This document shows positions 19,910 to 28,718 of a DNA stretch of 64,000 nt, one piece after another. Source of the stretch: an uncultured Phycisphaerales bacterium (GTDB lineage Bacteria > Planctomycetota > Phycisphaerae > Sedimentisphaerales > Anaerobacaceae). Under the pieces are notes generated by a model. It did no database searches. It had not been told where the DNA came from and saw nothing but the letters and a program-made list of their open reading frames with translations. The DNA lies in NCBI GenBank assembly GCA_963718665.1, contig OY970359.1, positions 1,056,001 through 1,120,000 of the forward strand, read 5' to 3'. Numbering within the stretch: position 1 is the first letter of the stretch; every line of letters starts with the position of its first letter. The translations under genes and the position numbers were made by a program.

Positions 19910-20007
19910 AGCGCGTAATTCCGTTAGGCCTCGTATATAACAATGAGGACGAGCAATGACTTGTCCGGGCTGATTGGCCATGCGTTTGAGCCAACAGCCC
20001 TTTTTTT
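19910..20007 (+). ncRNA. Candidate small RNA, copy B
   Basis: AGCGCGTAATT-N9-CTCGTATA, then GGACGAG/CTTGTCC and GGGCTG.TTGGC/GCCAACAGCCC + T7. Confidence 0.6.
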
Positions 20008-20107
20008 ATCTCCCCGGAAGCTTGCCCGCCGTTAGTGTGGCGGATTTTGTCGTTGTTAAAAAACAGGGGATGGGTAGAATTGAGGGATAAGTTAGGGCGA
20101 CCTGTTT

Positions 20108-20494
20108 ATGGTCAAACTCCAAATGAAAACAAAGTTGGGCGGACCGCCGGAAACATTTAGAGCAAGTCTCAGGGCTGCCACACGATATTGGGAGCCTCGC
20201 CGCATTATCTACAATCTTGTTCTTGCCGCTGTCGCAGTTACCTGGCTCGTATTGACATGGCCCCACTTCCACTCGGCATTGACTCTGCAATCGTTGCTGC
20301 TGCTTCTGGTTCTCGCAGCCATAGCTAATGTTTGTTATTCCGCTGCATACCTCGCAGACATCCTGTTGCAATTTTCACCTCTTCGCGACCTGTGGCAGCG
20401 TCAAAAGTGGTGTCTATGGCTTGCAGGCACAATTTTAGCGGTCGTGCTTGAGTGCTACTGGATTGCAGACGAAATTTATCCATATATCAGATGA
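20108..20494 (+). CDS. Hypothetical membrane protein
   Basis: YWE.RRI.YN.VL and ANVCY motifs, three hydrophobic segments. Confidence 0.75.
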   Translation: MVKLQMKTKLGGPPETFRASLRAATRYWEPRRIIYNLVLAAVAVTWLVLTWPHFHSALTLQSLLLLLVLAAIANVCYSAAYLADILLQFSPLRDLWQRQKWCLWLAGTILAVVLECYWIADEIYPYIR

Positions 20495-20621
20495 GCGCGA
20501 GGCCTCGTGTTCTTTTAGCCAGCTCCTGATGAGGTCGATTGAGGTTTGTTTAATCAGAATAGGTTGTCAATTACGCTGGTTGATAGTATGCTGTATTAAC
20601 CCGAAGAAAGGCGGGTGAAAA

Positions 20622-21779
20622 ATGATACGGCAAGAACGACTCGATGAACTGAAGCGATGCGACACCTCTCATAAATTTTTCGATGAGTTTTCTTATGAAG
20701 TGAATAGTATTGTTAAGCAACATCGAAAGGGTTTTGAGGATAAAGCACATAGCTTCATTGAAAAATACTTAAGATTTTTGGCAGTTATTGAAAATTGGTT
20801 AAAAGAGCAGAAAAGCACCCTCCAGCCCTCTATTTTTGAGCAATATTTGAAGCAGCTTTCGGGCACGAATAACTTTGCATCCCCTATGCGATTTAGTATT
20901 CTTGAGCAATGTCAAAGGCAACTGTCGAACATCCTTGAGCAGGGAGTGAACAAAAACAATCATCTCGTCTTATCCCTTGAGTGTCGTGTTCTTAAACAGT
21001 GTCAAGAGCAGTTATATGACACCCTTAGACAGGTAGGGGACTCAAATTTTGTCTTAATGCCTGAATTGGGCATTATCGAACAGTGTATAAGGGATATTAG
21101 ACAGCAATATCAAAGGGCGGATTGGAAAGAAATTAAAATTTTACATTCAGAACAAATACGGAAAGGTGAATATAGCGACTCTCGACTTACTCTATTTGTT
21201 CCACCGGACTTTCCCGATGACCCCGCTTCGTGGTTAAACATATACCATCCGTATTGGTATGACCCCAAAGCTTCTACTGTACACAATGAATTTACCTGTT
21301 CCCCAGAGGATGAACTGCTACGGAGTTATATAGCCCTAGTGATTTTGTTTAACAAGCAAGCGGTAGAACGCGGAGAATCGCTGATATCGCCGGACATTCA
21401 GCACTATATCGATATTCCATCTTGGACGTTTCTCAATGATGATTATAACAAGCACTGGCTAAAAATTAGAAACGTACTCATCGGAGACCTAGAAGCAGTC
21501 GACAAAGACCTTGCCAGCACAAAGCCGGCGGAAACAGAGCGGAAAGATACTCCTACGACAATAATCAATATAAATAAATTGGGGGTATTGGGGGACATTC
21601 AAAAAGTCGAAACATTACAGACCGGCGATAATGCCTCTGCTCATAAGCAGGTCGTGGGTGAGGAGAAAAAGAAAAGGATTCTCAGGCGAATACCATATTG
21701 GATTTATCTTCTTGTTTCCTTTTTAGCTGCACTGTTTGCTATCCTTCATTACATGGGATGGCTTGCCCCAAATAAATAA
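20622..21779 (+). CDS. Hypothetical protein, AT-rich, with internal helical repeats and C-terminal TM
   Basis: 385-aa ORF with repeated (I/V)LEQC..QL segments. Confidence 0.7.
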   Translation: MIRQERLDELKRCDTSHKFFDEFSYEVNSIVKQHRKGFEDKAHSFIEKYLRFLAVIENWLKEQKSTLQPSIFEQYLKQLSGTNNFASPMRFSILEQCQRQLSNILEQGVNKNNHLVLSLECRVLKQCQEQLYDTLRQVGDSNFVLMPELGIIEQCIRDIRQQYQRADWKEIKILHSEQIRKGEYSDSRLTLFVPPDFPDDPASWLNIYHPYWYDPKASTVHNEFTCSPEDELLRSYIALVILFNKQAVERGESLISPDIQHYIDIPSWTFLNDDYNKHWLKIRNVLIGDLEAVDKDLASTKPAETERKDTPTTIININKLGVLGDIQKVETLQTGDNASAHKQVVGEEKKKRILRRIPYWIYLLVSFLAALFAILHYMGWLAPNK

Positions 21780-22080
21780 GATTGCCACGGCCAAAGATAT
21801 TGGCCTCGCAATGACAAACACTGGATTCCCGCGTTCGCGGGAATGACCGATACAAATATGACCCCCACCGCAGGAGTGGGGGCTAACCATCGATTGCATC
21901 TGCGCTTGACGAAAAGGGGTTTGGGGATTAGCATACTGCACCGTCAAAAGAAGAGACGCGATTTCATAACTATGGATTCCCGCTTCCTTCGGCAAGCTCA
22001 GGACAGGTTCGCGGGAATGACAGTAGTAGATGTGCGGTAATGACCCTCCTTCGCCCACACGACGGGCTATGGAGGGTAGG
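21779..22080. repeat. Cluster of REP-like palindromes
   Basis: AGATTGCCACG...CTCGCAATGAC; GGATTCCCGCGTTCGCGGGAATGAC (21823-21847) and an interrupted copy (21974-22021); CCCTCC...GGAGGG. Confidence 0.8.
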
Positions 22081-22110
22081 CACCCCCTTGGGGGCTAAGC
22101 GAAAGGGAAA

Positions 22111-23004
22111 ATGATGGAAGCGGTATTGCAGACGAAAATCGGGAGCGTAGAGCCGAAAAGAGGCAAAGTGCGGGATGTTTATGATTTGGGCGATAAGCTG
22201 TTAATCGTCGCAACCGACCGCATAAGCGCGTTTGACGTTGTGATGGCCAACCCCATCCCGAAAAAGGGCATCGTGCTGACGCAGATATCGCTTTTCTGGT
22301 TCGAGTTTTTGTCATCTTCCATAAGTCATCACCTTATAGCAACCGACGTGAGCAAATTTCCGGCCCCGTTTAACAAGTTCGAGAAGCAATTAGCAGGCAG
22401 AAGTATGTTAGTCAAGAAGACGAAGGTCTTCCCAATCGAGTGCGTTGTTCGCGGCTATTTAGCAGGGTCGGGGTGGAAGGAATACAAGCAGTCGCAAACG
22501 GTTTGCGGCATAAAGCTGCCTGCGGGACTGAAGCAGTGCGAAAAACTGCCTGAGCCGATATTTACGCCCGCGACAAAAGAGGAATTCGGCAGGCACGACG
22601 AGAACGTTGATTTCAACAGGTGCGTTGAAATCATCGGCGATAAAAATGCTAAGTACCTGCGCGACAAGAGCATCGAGATTTTCAAGAAGGCATCCAAATA
22701 CGCGGAGTCGAAGGGAATAATATTAGCTGATACTAAATTCGAGTGGGGAGATGCAGGCGGGCAAACCATTCTTATCGATGAGGTTTTGACGCCCGATTCG
22801 TCGCGTTTCTGGCCCGCGGACAAATACCAGCCGGGCAGAGACCAGGAGAGCTTTGACAAGCAGTTCGTTCGCAATTATCTCGAAGAGATTAAATTCGATA
22901 AATCAGGCCCGGGCGTGAAACTGCCCGATGACGTCGTCAAAAAGACGGGCGAAAAATATATAGAGGCCTACGAACGCCTTACGGGCAAAAAATTCGGGTT
23001 CTGA
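22111..23004 (+). CDS. purC: Phosphoribosylaminoimidazolesuccinocarboxamide synthase
   Basis: GKVRDVY, TDRISAFD, ECVVRGY, DTKFE, DEVLTPDSSRFW and DKQFVR motifs. Confidence 0.98.
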   Translation: MMEAVLQTKIGSVEPKRGKVRDVYDLGDKLLIVATDRISAFDVVMANPIPKKGIVLTQISLFWFEFLSSSISHHLIATDVSKFPAPFNKFEKQLAGRSMLVKKTKVFPIECVVRGYLAGSGWKEYKQSQTVCGIKLPAGLKQCEKLPEPIFTPATKEEFGRHDENVDFNRCVEIIGDKNAKYLRDKSIEIFKKASKYAESKGIILADTKFEWGDAGGQTILIDEVLTPDSSRFWPADKYQPGRDQESFDKQFVRNYLEEIKFDKSGPGVKLPDDVVKKTGEKYIEAYERLTGKKFGF

Positions 23005-23035
23005 TTTGCAGGACGTTGGGCTTAAATCCGCAAAT

Positions 23036-25039
23036 ATGAATGAACGGCTATACAATCATCAGCGTTTGTTGATTTGCATATTGCTGGCGGCGGTAACTTT
23101 CGCTGTTTATTTGCCGGTCCGCAATTACAGCTTTCTTTTTTACGACGACAATGTTTATGTTTCAGACAACGCACAGGTCAAGCTGGGCTTGAACTGGCAG
23201 GGAATCAAATGGGCGTTCACGACGGGGTACGGTTCCAACTGGCATCCGCTGACGTGGCTGTCTCTTATGCTGGATTGCGAACTCTTCGGCGTCAAATCCG
23301 GTCCTATGCACATCGTAAACGTGCTGTTTCACATCGCGAACAGCATCTTGCTGTTTCTTGTCCTGGCCCGAATGACAAAGGGTGTCTGGCAAAGCGCATT
23401 TATAGCGGGGTTATTCGCATTGCATCCGCTACACGTTGAGTCAGTGGCGTGGGTGGCGGAACGCAAAGACGTTCTCAGCACGCTGTTCTGGCTTTCGACT
23501 ATGCTGGCTTACGCGCGGTATGTCGAGCGTCCCTCGGTGTGGCGATACATCGCTGTTCTGGTTTTGTTCGCTATGGGGCTTATGGCCAAGCCGATGCTGG
23601 TGACATTGCCGTTTGCTTTGCTTTTGCTCGATTACTGGCCCCTTGGTCGATTTACCGCTCCCAAATTCTCAATTATAAAAGCACTGCTGGAGAAAGTTCC
23701 CCTTATTGTTTTAGCCGCGGCATCCAGCGTTATTACTTTCGTTGTTCAGCGGGCGGGCGGGTCTATGCTTTCCATTTATGCTATTCATTTGAGTGAGCGT
23801 ATTAGTAACGCGATAGTATCGTATGTTTCGTATATCAGTAAAATGTTCTGGCCGGTTGGGCTGGCGATATTGTACCCGCACCCAGCCAACAGAATACCCG
23901 TTGCCAAAGCGTTAATTTGCGCGGCAATACTGATACTGATAACCATAATATGTTTATATTACGCCCGGCGCCGCAAATACCTGCTTGTCGGCTGGCTTTG
24001 GTATCTCGGCACGCTTGTGCCGGTAATCGGGATAGTGCAGGTTGGTTCGCAGGGGATGGCAGACAGATACACATACATTCCGTTAATCGGACTGTTTTTG
24101 ATAATCGCCTTTGCGGGGGCGGAGCTGTTGAAGAAAATATCGATGGGGACGGTCGCAATGGGCGTTATAGCCGGGGTCATCCTGTCGGCCTGCGGAATTA
24201 CCGCGGCGGCCCAGGTAAGGCATTGGAAAGACAGTATGGCGTTATTCGAACACGCTCTCGATGTGACAGAAAACAATTATCTTGTGGAGAATAATTACGC
24301 CAACGTGCTCAGCAATCTTGGAAGGAACGAGGAGGCGCTTACGCATCTTGTTGAGGCACTGCGGTTTCTCCCTGATTCGCCTGAAATGCACAGTAACTTC
24401 GGGAACATTTTGAAGAAAACGGGCAAATTTGACCAGGCGATAGAGCAATATGAAATCGCCCTCAAGCTCAATCCCGATTTTTCGCTGGCGAGATATCAAC
24501 TTGGGGTGACTCTTGCCGCCAAGGGTGATTACGAAGGCGCGATTAAGCAATACCGGCTTTACGCGTGCACCGCTGCGGATTTGGCAGATATCTGCAAGGG
24601 CCCGGGGACAGAATCAGCCAGGCAAGGCAAGGTCAATGATGCGGCAAATCAGTTCCATATTGTCAGGCCGGATTCGACGGAGGTTCGCAGTAACTTCGGC
24701 TATGCCCTTGCGCAAAGCGGAAAACCGAAGGAGGCAATAGAATATTACGACAGGGTGCTTGCGAAGGACCCCAATAATGTTATTACCCAAGGGCGACTTG
24801 CCCTTGCACTGGCGGCAATAGGCAGTATTGACGAGGCAATTGAGCATTGCCGGATTGTTATCGCAGCCAGGCCCGATGACGCCGAGATGCAAAACAACCT
24901 TGGTATGCTGCTTCAAAGGCAGGATAAAATCGACGAGGCGATTGAATGCTATAAAAAGGCCCTGCAAATCGACTCCAAATTACAAAATGCCCGCGAAAAC
25001 CTCGATTCCGCCCTCGCTCAAAAACAGGCAGGCAAATAG
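23036..25039 (+). CDS. TMTC-like GT-C membrane protein with TPR repeats
   Basis: YDD..YV, NWHPLTW, HPLHVESVAWVAERKD and MADRY motifs; C-terminal TPRs. Confidence 0.85.
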   Translation: MNERLYNHQRLLICILLAAVTFAVYLPVRNYSFLFYDDNVYVSDNAQVKLGLNWQGIKWAFTTGYGSNWHPLTWLSLMLDCELFGVKSGPMHIVNVLFHIANSILLFLVLARMTKGVWQSAFIAGLFALHPLHVESVAWVAERKDVLSTLFWLSTMLAYARYVERPSVWRYIAVLVLFAMGLMAKPMLVTLPFALLLLDYWPLGRFTAPKFSIIKALLEKVPLIVLAAASSVITFVVQRAGGSMLSIYAIHLSERISNAIVSYVSYISKMFWPVGLAILYPHPANRIPVAKALICAAILILITIICLYYARRRKYLLVGWLWYLGTLVPVIGIVQVGSQGMADRYTYIPLIGLFLIIAFAGAELLKKISMGTVAMGVIAGVILSACGITAAAQVRHWKDSMALFEHALDVTENNYLVENNYANVLSNLGRNEEALTHLVEALRFLPDSPEMHSNFGNILKKTGKFDQAIEQYEIALKLNPDFSLARYQLGVTLAAKGDYEGAIKQYRLYACTAADLADICKGPGTESARQGKVNDAANQFHIVRPDSTEVRSNFGYALAQSGKPKEAIEYYDRVLAKDPNNVITQGRLALALAAIGSIDEAIEHCRIVIAARPDDAEMQNNLGMLLQRQDKIDEAIECYKKALQIDSKLQNARENLDSALAQKQAGK

Positions 25040-25219
25040 CCGAGAAATCGGTCTGATAAGGGCTTGCAAGGAAGAGAAAATTTGTTACGATACCCTCTCA
25101 ACAGCTTTTTGTTGCCGCGGACGGTATGGCCGGTTATATGGAAGGTTATAATACGCGGTATAATGGCGGGGGTCGCCCGATATTATTTTGTTTTTGAGTT
25201 TGCGAAAGGATAGAGCGAT

Positions 25220-25849
25220 ATGAAAAGATTACTGGTGGTTTTGTTGGCGCTGGGACTGTCAGTTCCGGCAATGGCGCACTCGGGGGGCGTGCTTGTTTAC
25301 AACTTGAAGCAGAGCGGTGTGGAGTTCGAATATAACTCAGATGCAAACGCCTGGGCCCAGAGTCCGAAGTCAAACCACTCGCATTACCTTGTTATTGAGC
25401 TGGACAGTAACTATCCTGACTCCATCAATCTCTGGTCGGTTGAGACCTGGAAGGAAAAAGACGCCGGCGTAACGACCAATTATTACACAGCAGAGGGCCC
25501 GGCCGATATTAATTTCACAGAAACGTCGGCTGCGAGTAAGACGATATGGATTATCTCGGACATTTTTCCCTCAGGCGGCTCGCCCGTACACATTATGGTA
25601 TCGGGCCAGGCAAAGCCGACAAAGATTGGCACCGGCACGTATACTGTCGCTGCTGCCATGAGCGGCTATGTAATCTTTGGAGATATCATCCCGGATGGAG
25701 ACGTCGGCGCAGGCACGTTGTCAATGACACTGAACCCTAAAGCTACTACAGCACTGGCAGCATGGGTGCTAAGCGACAGCGGAGATGTAGATAGCGCAAT
25801 CAGTGACTATTTCGAGACCACACTTGGTTACGAACCCGGTTCCGATTAG
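25220..25849 (+). CDS. Secreted hypothetical protein (paralog of 42344-42958)
   Basis: Signal peptide MKRLLVVLLALGLSVPAMA; terminator downstream. Confidence 0.8.
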   Translation: MKRLLVVLLALGLSVPAMAHSGGVLVYNLKQSGVEFEYNSDANAWAQSPKSNHSHYLVIELDSNYPDSINLWSVETWKEKDAGVTTNYYTAEGPADINFTETSAASKTIWIISDIFPSGGSPVHIMVSGQAKPTKIGTGTYTVAAAMSGYVIFGDIIPDGDVGAGTLSMTLNPKATTALAAWVLSDSGDVDSAISDYFETTLGYEPGSD

Positions 25850-25877
25850 CCGCATCCAGTGATACAGTTTGTAATCC

Positions 25878-25909
25878 AGCCGGCGGCCCCACAAGCCGCC
25901 GGTTTTTTT
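25878..25909 (+). terminator. Intrinsic terminator
   Basis: GCCGGCGGC-cccacaa-GCCGCCGGT followed by a T run. Confidence 0.8.
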
Positions 25910-26013
25910 GTATCATTTTTTTTCATTTTCATATTACACAAACCCCGCCCTCAAAGGTTATTATTATGTAGAAGTAAAATATTGCGGTACTCAGCTAAAA
26001 AGGGCTTTTTTAA

Positions 26014-26523
26014 ATGAGATACTCAAAGCGATTGGAGCTCTTTGAAAAATTAAAGAATGAGTACATCGGCTATCTTACGACCACGCTTTGGAAACTCACC
26101 TGTGACACCGATATTTTTGATGAGGCGATTCAATACGCGCTTCTGGCTATCTGGATGAATCTCGAAAAGCTGACAGGCCCGCAGGCAGGGGCATATATCT
26201 ATCGAATAGCGTTGTCCGCCAACTCAAAGGCGTGGCGAAATCGCACCGGCAAAAATGGCCAGATAGCTAATGCGACCCTGACCGGCCGCCCTGCATACGA
26301 AGAAGTCGTTGATGCTGAAACGCTGAATCTGGTTAGAAAGGAAATCGCCAAGCTGCCCGAACAGCAGGCACAGGCAATTGTGATGCGGTATATCGAACAG
26401 ACCGATTACAAAGCAATCGCCGACAAATTGAACTGTGCCGAGGATACCGCCCGTTCGCATGTTTCAAAAGCGATTAATACATTGCGAAACAATCTCGCTG
26501 AAATGAATATATCGGAGTCCTGA
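26014..26523 (+). CDS. ECF RNA polymerase sigma factor
   Basis: Region 2 (AYIYRIA) and region 4 (LPEQQ..AIVMRY....Y..IA..L...E.T.RSHVSKA). Confidence 0.9.
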   Translation: MRYSKRLELFEKLKNEYIGYLTTTLWKLTCDTDIFDEAIQYALLAIWMNLEKLTGPQAGAYIYRIALSANSKAWRNRTGKNGQIANATLTGRPAYEEVVDAETLNLVRKEIAKLPEQQAQAIVMRYIEQTDYKAIADKLNCAEDTARSHVSKAINTLRNNLAEMNISES

Positions 26524-26524
26524 A

Positions 26525-26944
26525 ATGAATGAAGAAAAGCTAAAACAAGTCCTGAATAAAATCGGTCAGGCAGATGTCCCGCCGAACGTCGCTTTGATTG
26601 CCGAAAGGGCATCGCGGAATTTTGATTCTGCCCTCAAAATCGCCCAGCCGAAACAATGGTTTTTTACACCTGTCCGGCTAATCGCGGCTGCCGCGGTCGT
26701 TATTTTTGCGTTCGCCGCGGGCCGATGGTCACAACCGCCCCAGACACAACTATCATTGCTTAACCTCCCCGGCTATGCCTCGCCTATGCCGACACACCCG
26801 ACAAATCAGGAAAACGAAAACAGCTTCTGGCGACAAAAAGCCCTCGCCGCAATGCAGCCCAGACCTTATACACAAAACCAACTCTCCCAAACCGCATTAC
26901 TTAACGTCTATAAACAATACCTCAAGGAGAAATACAATGACTAA
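26525..26944 (+). CDS. Putative anti-sigma factor (single TM)
   Basis: Starts 1 nt after the ECF stop; one TM segment (LIAAAAVVIFAFAAG). Confidence 0.6.
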   Translation: MNEEKLKQVLNKIGQADVPPNVALIAERASRNFDSALKIAQPKQWFFTPVRLIAAAAVVIFAFAAGRWSQPPQTQLSLLNLPGYASPMPTHPTNQENENSFWRQKALAAMQPRPYTQNQLSQTALLNVYKQYLKEKYND

Positions 26945-28454
26945 GAAAAATATCATCAAATTATCGCTCGTCGCCTCTTACATTCTCGCCGCCTTTATCG
27001 CCGGCTGCTTCCCAAAGGATTCCCTCCAATGGTCCAAAGACGGCTCCACCGGCATCTACAGTAAAAACGGTGCCCTGTTTATCGTCGATGGCAATACCGG
27101 CTCTCTTACACAAGTCGCCCCCAAAGAAACCACCACGAACTGGCCCGCCATATCGCCCGATGGCGCTATGATTGCTTTTGGCAGCACCGTCAAAGTCGAC
27201 CAATTCAACAATGCCTTGAAGCAGCTCCCGCAGAACCAGGTCAAACTCATCGAGACACACGCTGAAATCCTCAAACAAAAAATCCTTGCCGAAGGAATCA
27301 AAGACGGCAACTTCCCCTTCATCGGAAACCCCGTCGCCACAGACAAAGGCCCAAAGGATTCCTTCAATGACCAGCACATCGCCTGGGTCCAAAGATACCT
27401 CGTCGAAAAAGCGGACAAACAGCTTACCGAAAAAATAGGTCCCGACCTTATCAATAAAACCAAATCCAAAGACCTGACTTATTGCCGGCTCGTTTGTGCC
27501 CCGACCTCTGACCCCAACAACCACAAAGTCCTCACAACAAATGAACAGACGCTTTGGCGCATCCGCTTCTCGCCCGACTCCCGCCTTATCGCTTTTGGCC
27601 AAGACCGTATCTATGGCTCCGCCTGGGACGTTGGCTTCGACCTCTACATTGTTTCATTAACCGAAAGCTTCACCCCGGCATTCATTGCACCAGCCGTGGC
27701 TTTTGGCTATGACTTCAAATCCGATTCCCGTGCAATCGCATATATCAAGCCCGAGAATGAATTCTTCGACGCCAGGAAAACTCTCGGCTCGCTCGTCGAG
27801 CGGACCGTCATCGACCCCAATGGAAAATTCCTCGTCTCACCTGCCCTGAGCGGGGTCGGGGGGTCTGAACGTCTCGACGGCAACAACTCCCCCGCACTAT
27901 ATGTCTGCACAGGCACCGCTATGGAACTCGCTGGCCTCTTGTATCACCCCTGGATGTGTGCCTCTTATGCCGCTGATAACCGTATCTTCTTCGCATCCGT
28001 AAAAATGTCACTGCCATCCAGTAAGCTCTACGAAGAAGAGCAAAGCGTATTCTGCTGCGATTTACTCATCTACGCAATCAGCGAACTTTCACCTCGCGTC
28101 CCCGATGAGTGGCAGGGAAATTTGTATCTTTTCGCGCTTTCCGGCGATTCCCGTAAAATCCTCATACCGGGGAAGAAAAACATCCTTGGCCTTTATGCCC
28201 TCGGCCCAGACCTCGATAAAACGAAAGTCATCGTTGACACAAACGAGTCCTTCGGGGATGACTCGCCGCCAAAACTCGTCTCGCAATGGAAAGGCCCCGA
28301 CCAGCTTTCCTGCCTTGTCTCTGAAAAGTCCCGTTATCTGACTACCGACCCGAATACTCCTCACCGCAGAAAGGAAATCGTCATTCTTGACGCAGAGGGC
28401 AAACTCGTAAAAATTCTGAGCAAGGACTGGCCGGACGAGCTTCTCGATTATTGA
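26937..28454 (+). CDS. Lipoprotein with TolB/PD40-like beta-propeller repeats
   Basis: AGGAG RBS, lipobox FIAGC, and WSKDG, ISPDG, FSPDS, FKSDS repeats. Confidence 0.75.
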   Translation: MTKKNIIKLSLVASYILAAFIAGCFPKDSLQWSKDGSTGIYSKNGALFIVDGNTGSLTQVAPKETTTNWPAISPDGAMIAFGSTVKVDQFNNALKQLPQNQVKLIETHAEILKQKILAEGIKDGNFPFIGNPVATDKGPKDSFNDQHIAWVQRYLVEKADKQLTEKIGPDLINKTKSKDLTYCRLVCAPTSDPNNHKVLTTNEQTLWRIRFSPDSRLIAFGQDRIYGSAWDVGFDLYIVSLTESFTPAFIAPAVAFGYDFKSDSRAIAYIKPENEFFDARKTLGSLVERTVIDPNGKFLVSPALSGVGGSERLDGNNSPALYVCTGTAMELAGLLYHPWMCASYAADNRIFFASVKMSLPSSKLYEEEQSVFCCDLLIYAISELSPRVPDEWQGNLYLFALSGDSRKILIPGKKNILGLYALGPDLDKTKVIVDTNESFGDDSPPKLVSQWKGPDQLSCLVSEKSRYLTTDPNTPHRRKEIVILDAEGKLVKILSKDWPDELLDY

Positions 28455-28469
28455 TTTTTAGTGACCACA

Positions 28470-28502
28470 AAAAGGCCGGACGCCTCAACCGCCCGGCCTT
28501 TT
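28470..28502. terminator. Bidirectional terminator between convergent genes
   Basis: AAAAGGCCGG...CCGGCCTTTT. Confidence 0.75.
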
Positions 28503-28508
28503 ATATTT

Positions 28509-28703
28509 CTACAGTTTCCACGCCTTTGCAAACGCTTTGAAGCTTCTGTCGTATGTTCTTTCGACTTCTGGCGGGAAGCAGCAGCCGGGAAGTTGTCTTG
28601 CGGACAAGTGATAGGCGATACATTCGCAGCACATACCTGTTTTATCGCAGCCCGCATACGTGCAGGTGCAATTCTTCAAATTTTCCTTTTTCCGGCATTC
28701 CAT
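28509..28703 (-). CDS. Small Cys-rich protein (DUF6485-like)
   Basis: MEC....N...C.CTY..C...G.CCECI.YH....QLPGCCF. Confidence 0.8.
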   Translation of the reverse strand: MECRKKENLKNCTCTYAGCDKTGMCCECIAYHLSARQLPGCCFPPEVERTYDRSFKAFAKAWKL

Positions 28704-28718
28704 CGTTCACCTTTTAGC

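Noticed and set aside
19781..20010. Leaderless peptides starting at the ATGs of sRNA copies A and B
   Set aside because: The translations are unrelated and copy C stops after four codons; conservation is in base pairing, not codons.
21723..22058. Short ORFs containing CHSRE / VIPANAGI / MDSRF
   Set aside because: These are translations of the REP-like GTCATTCCCGCG..GCGGGAATCC repeat. The same applies to the MDSCFRRND extension of the leuC ORF.
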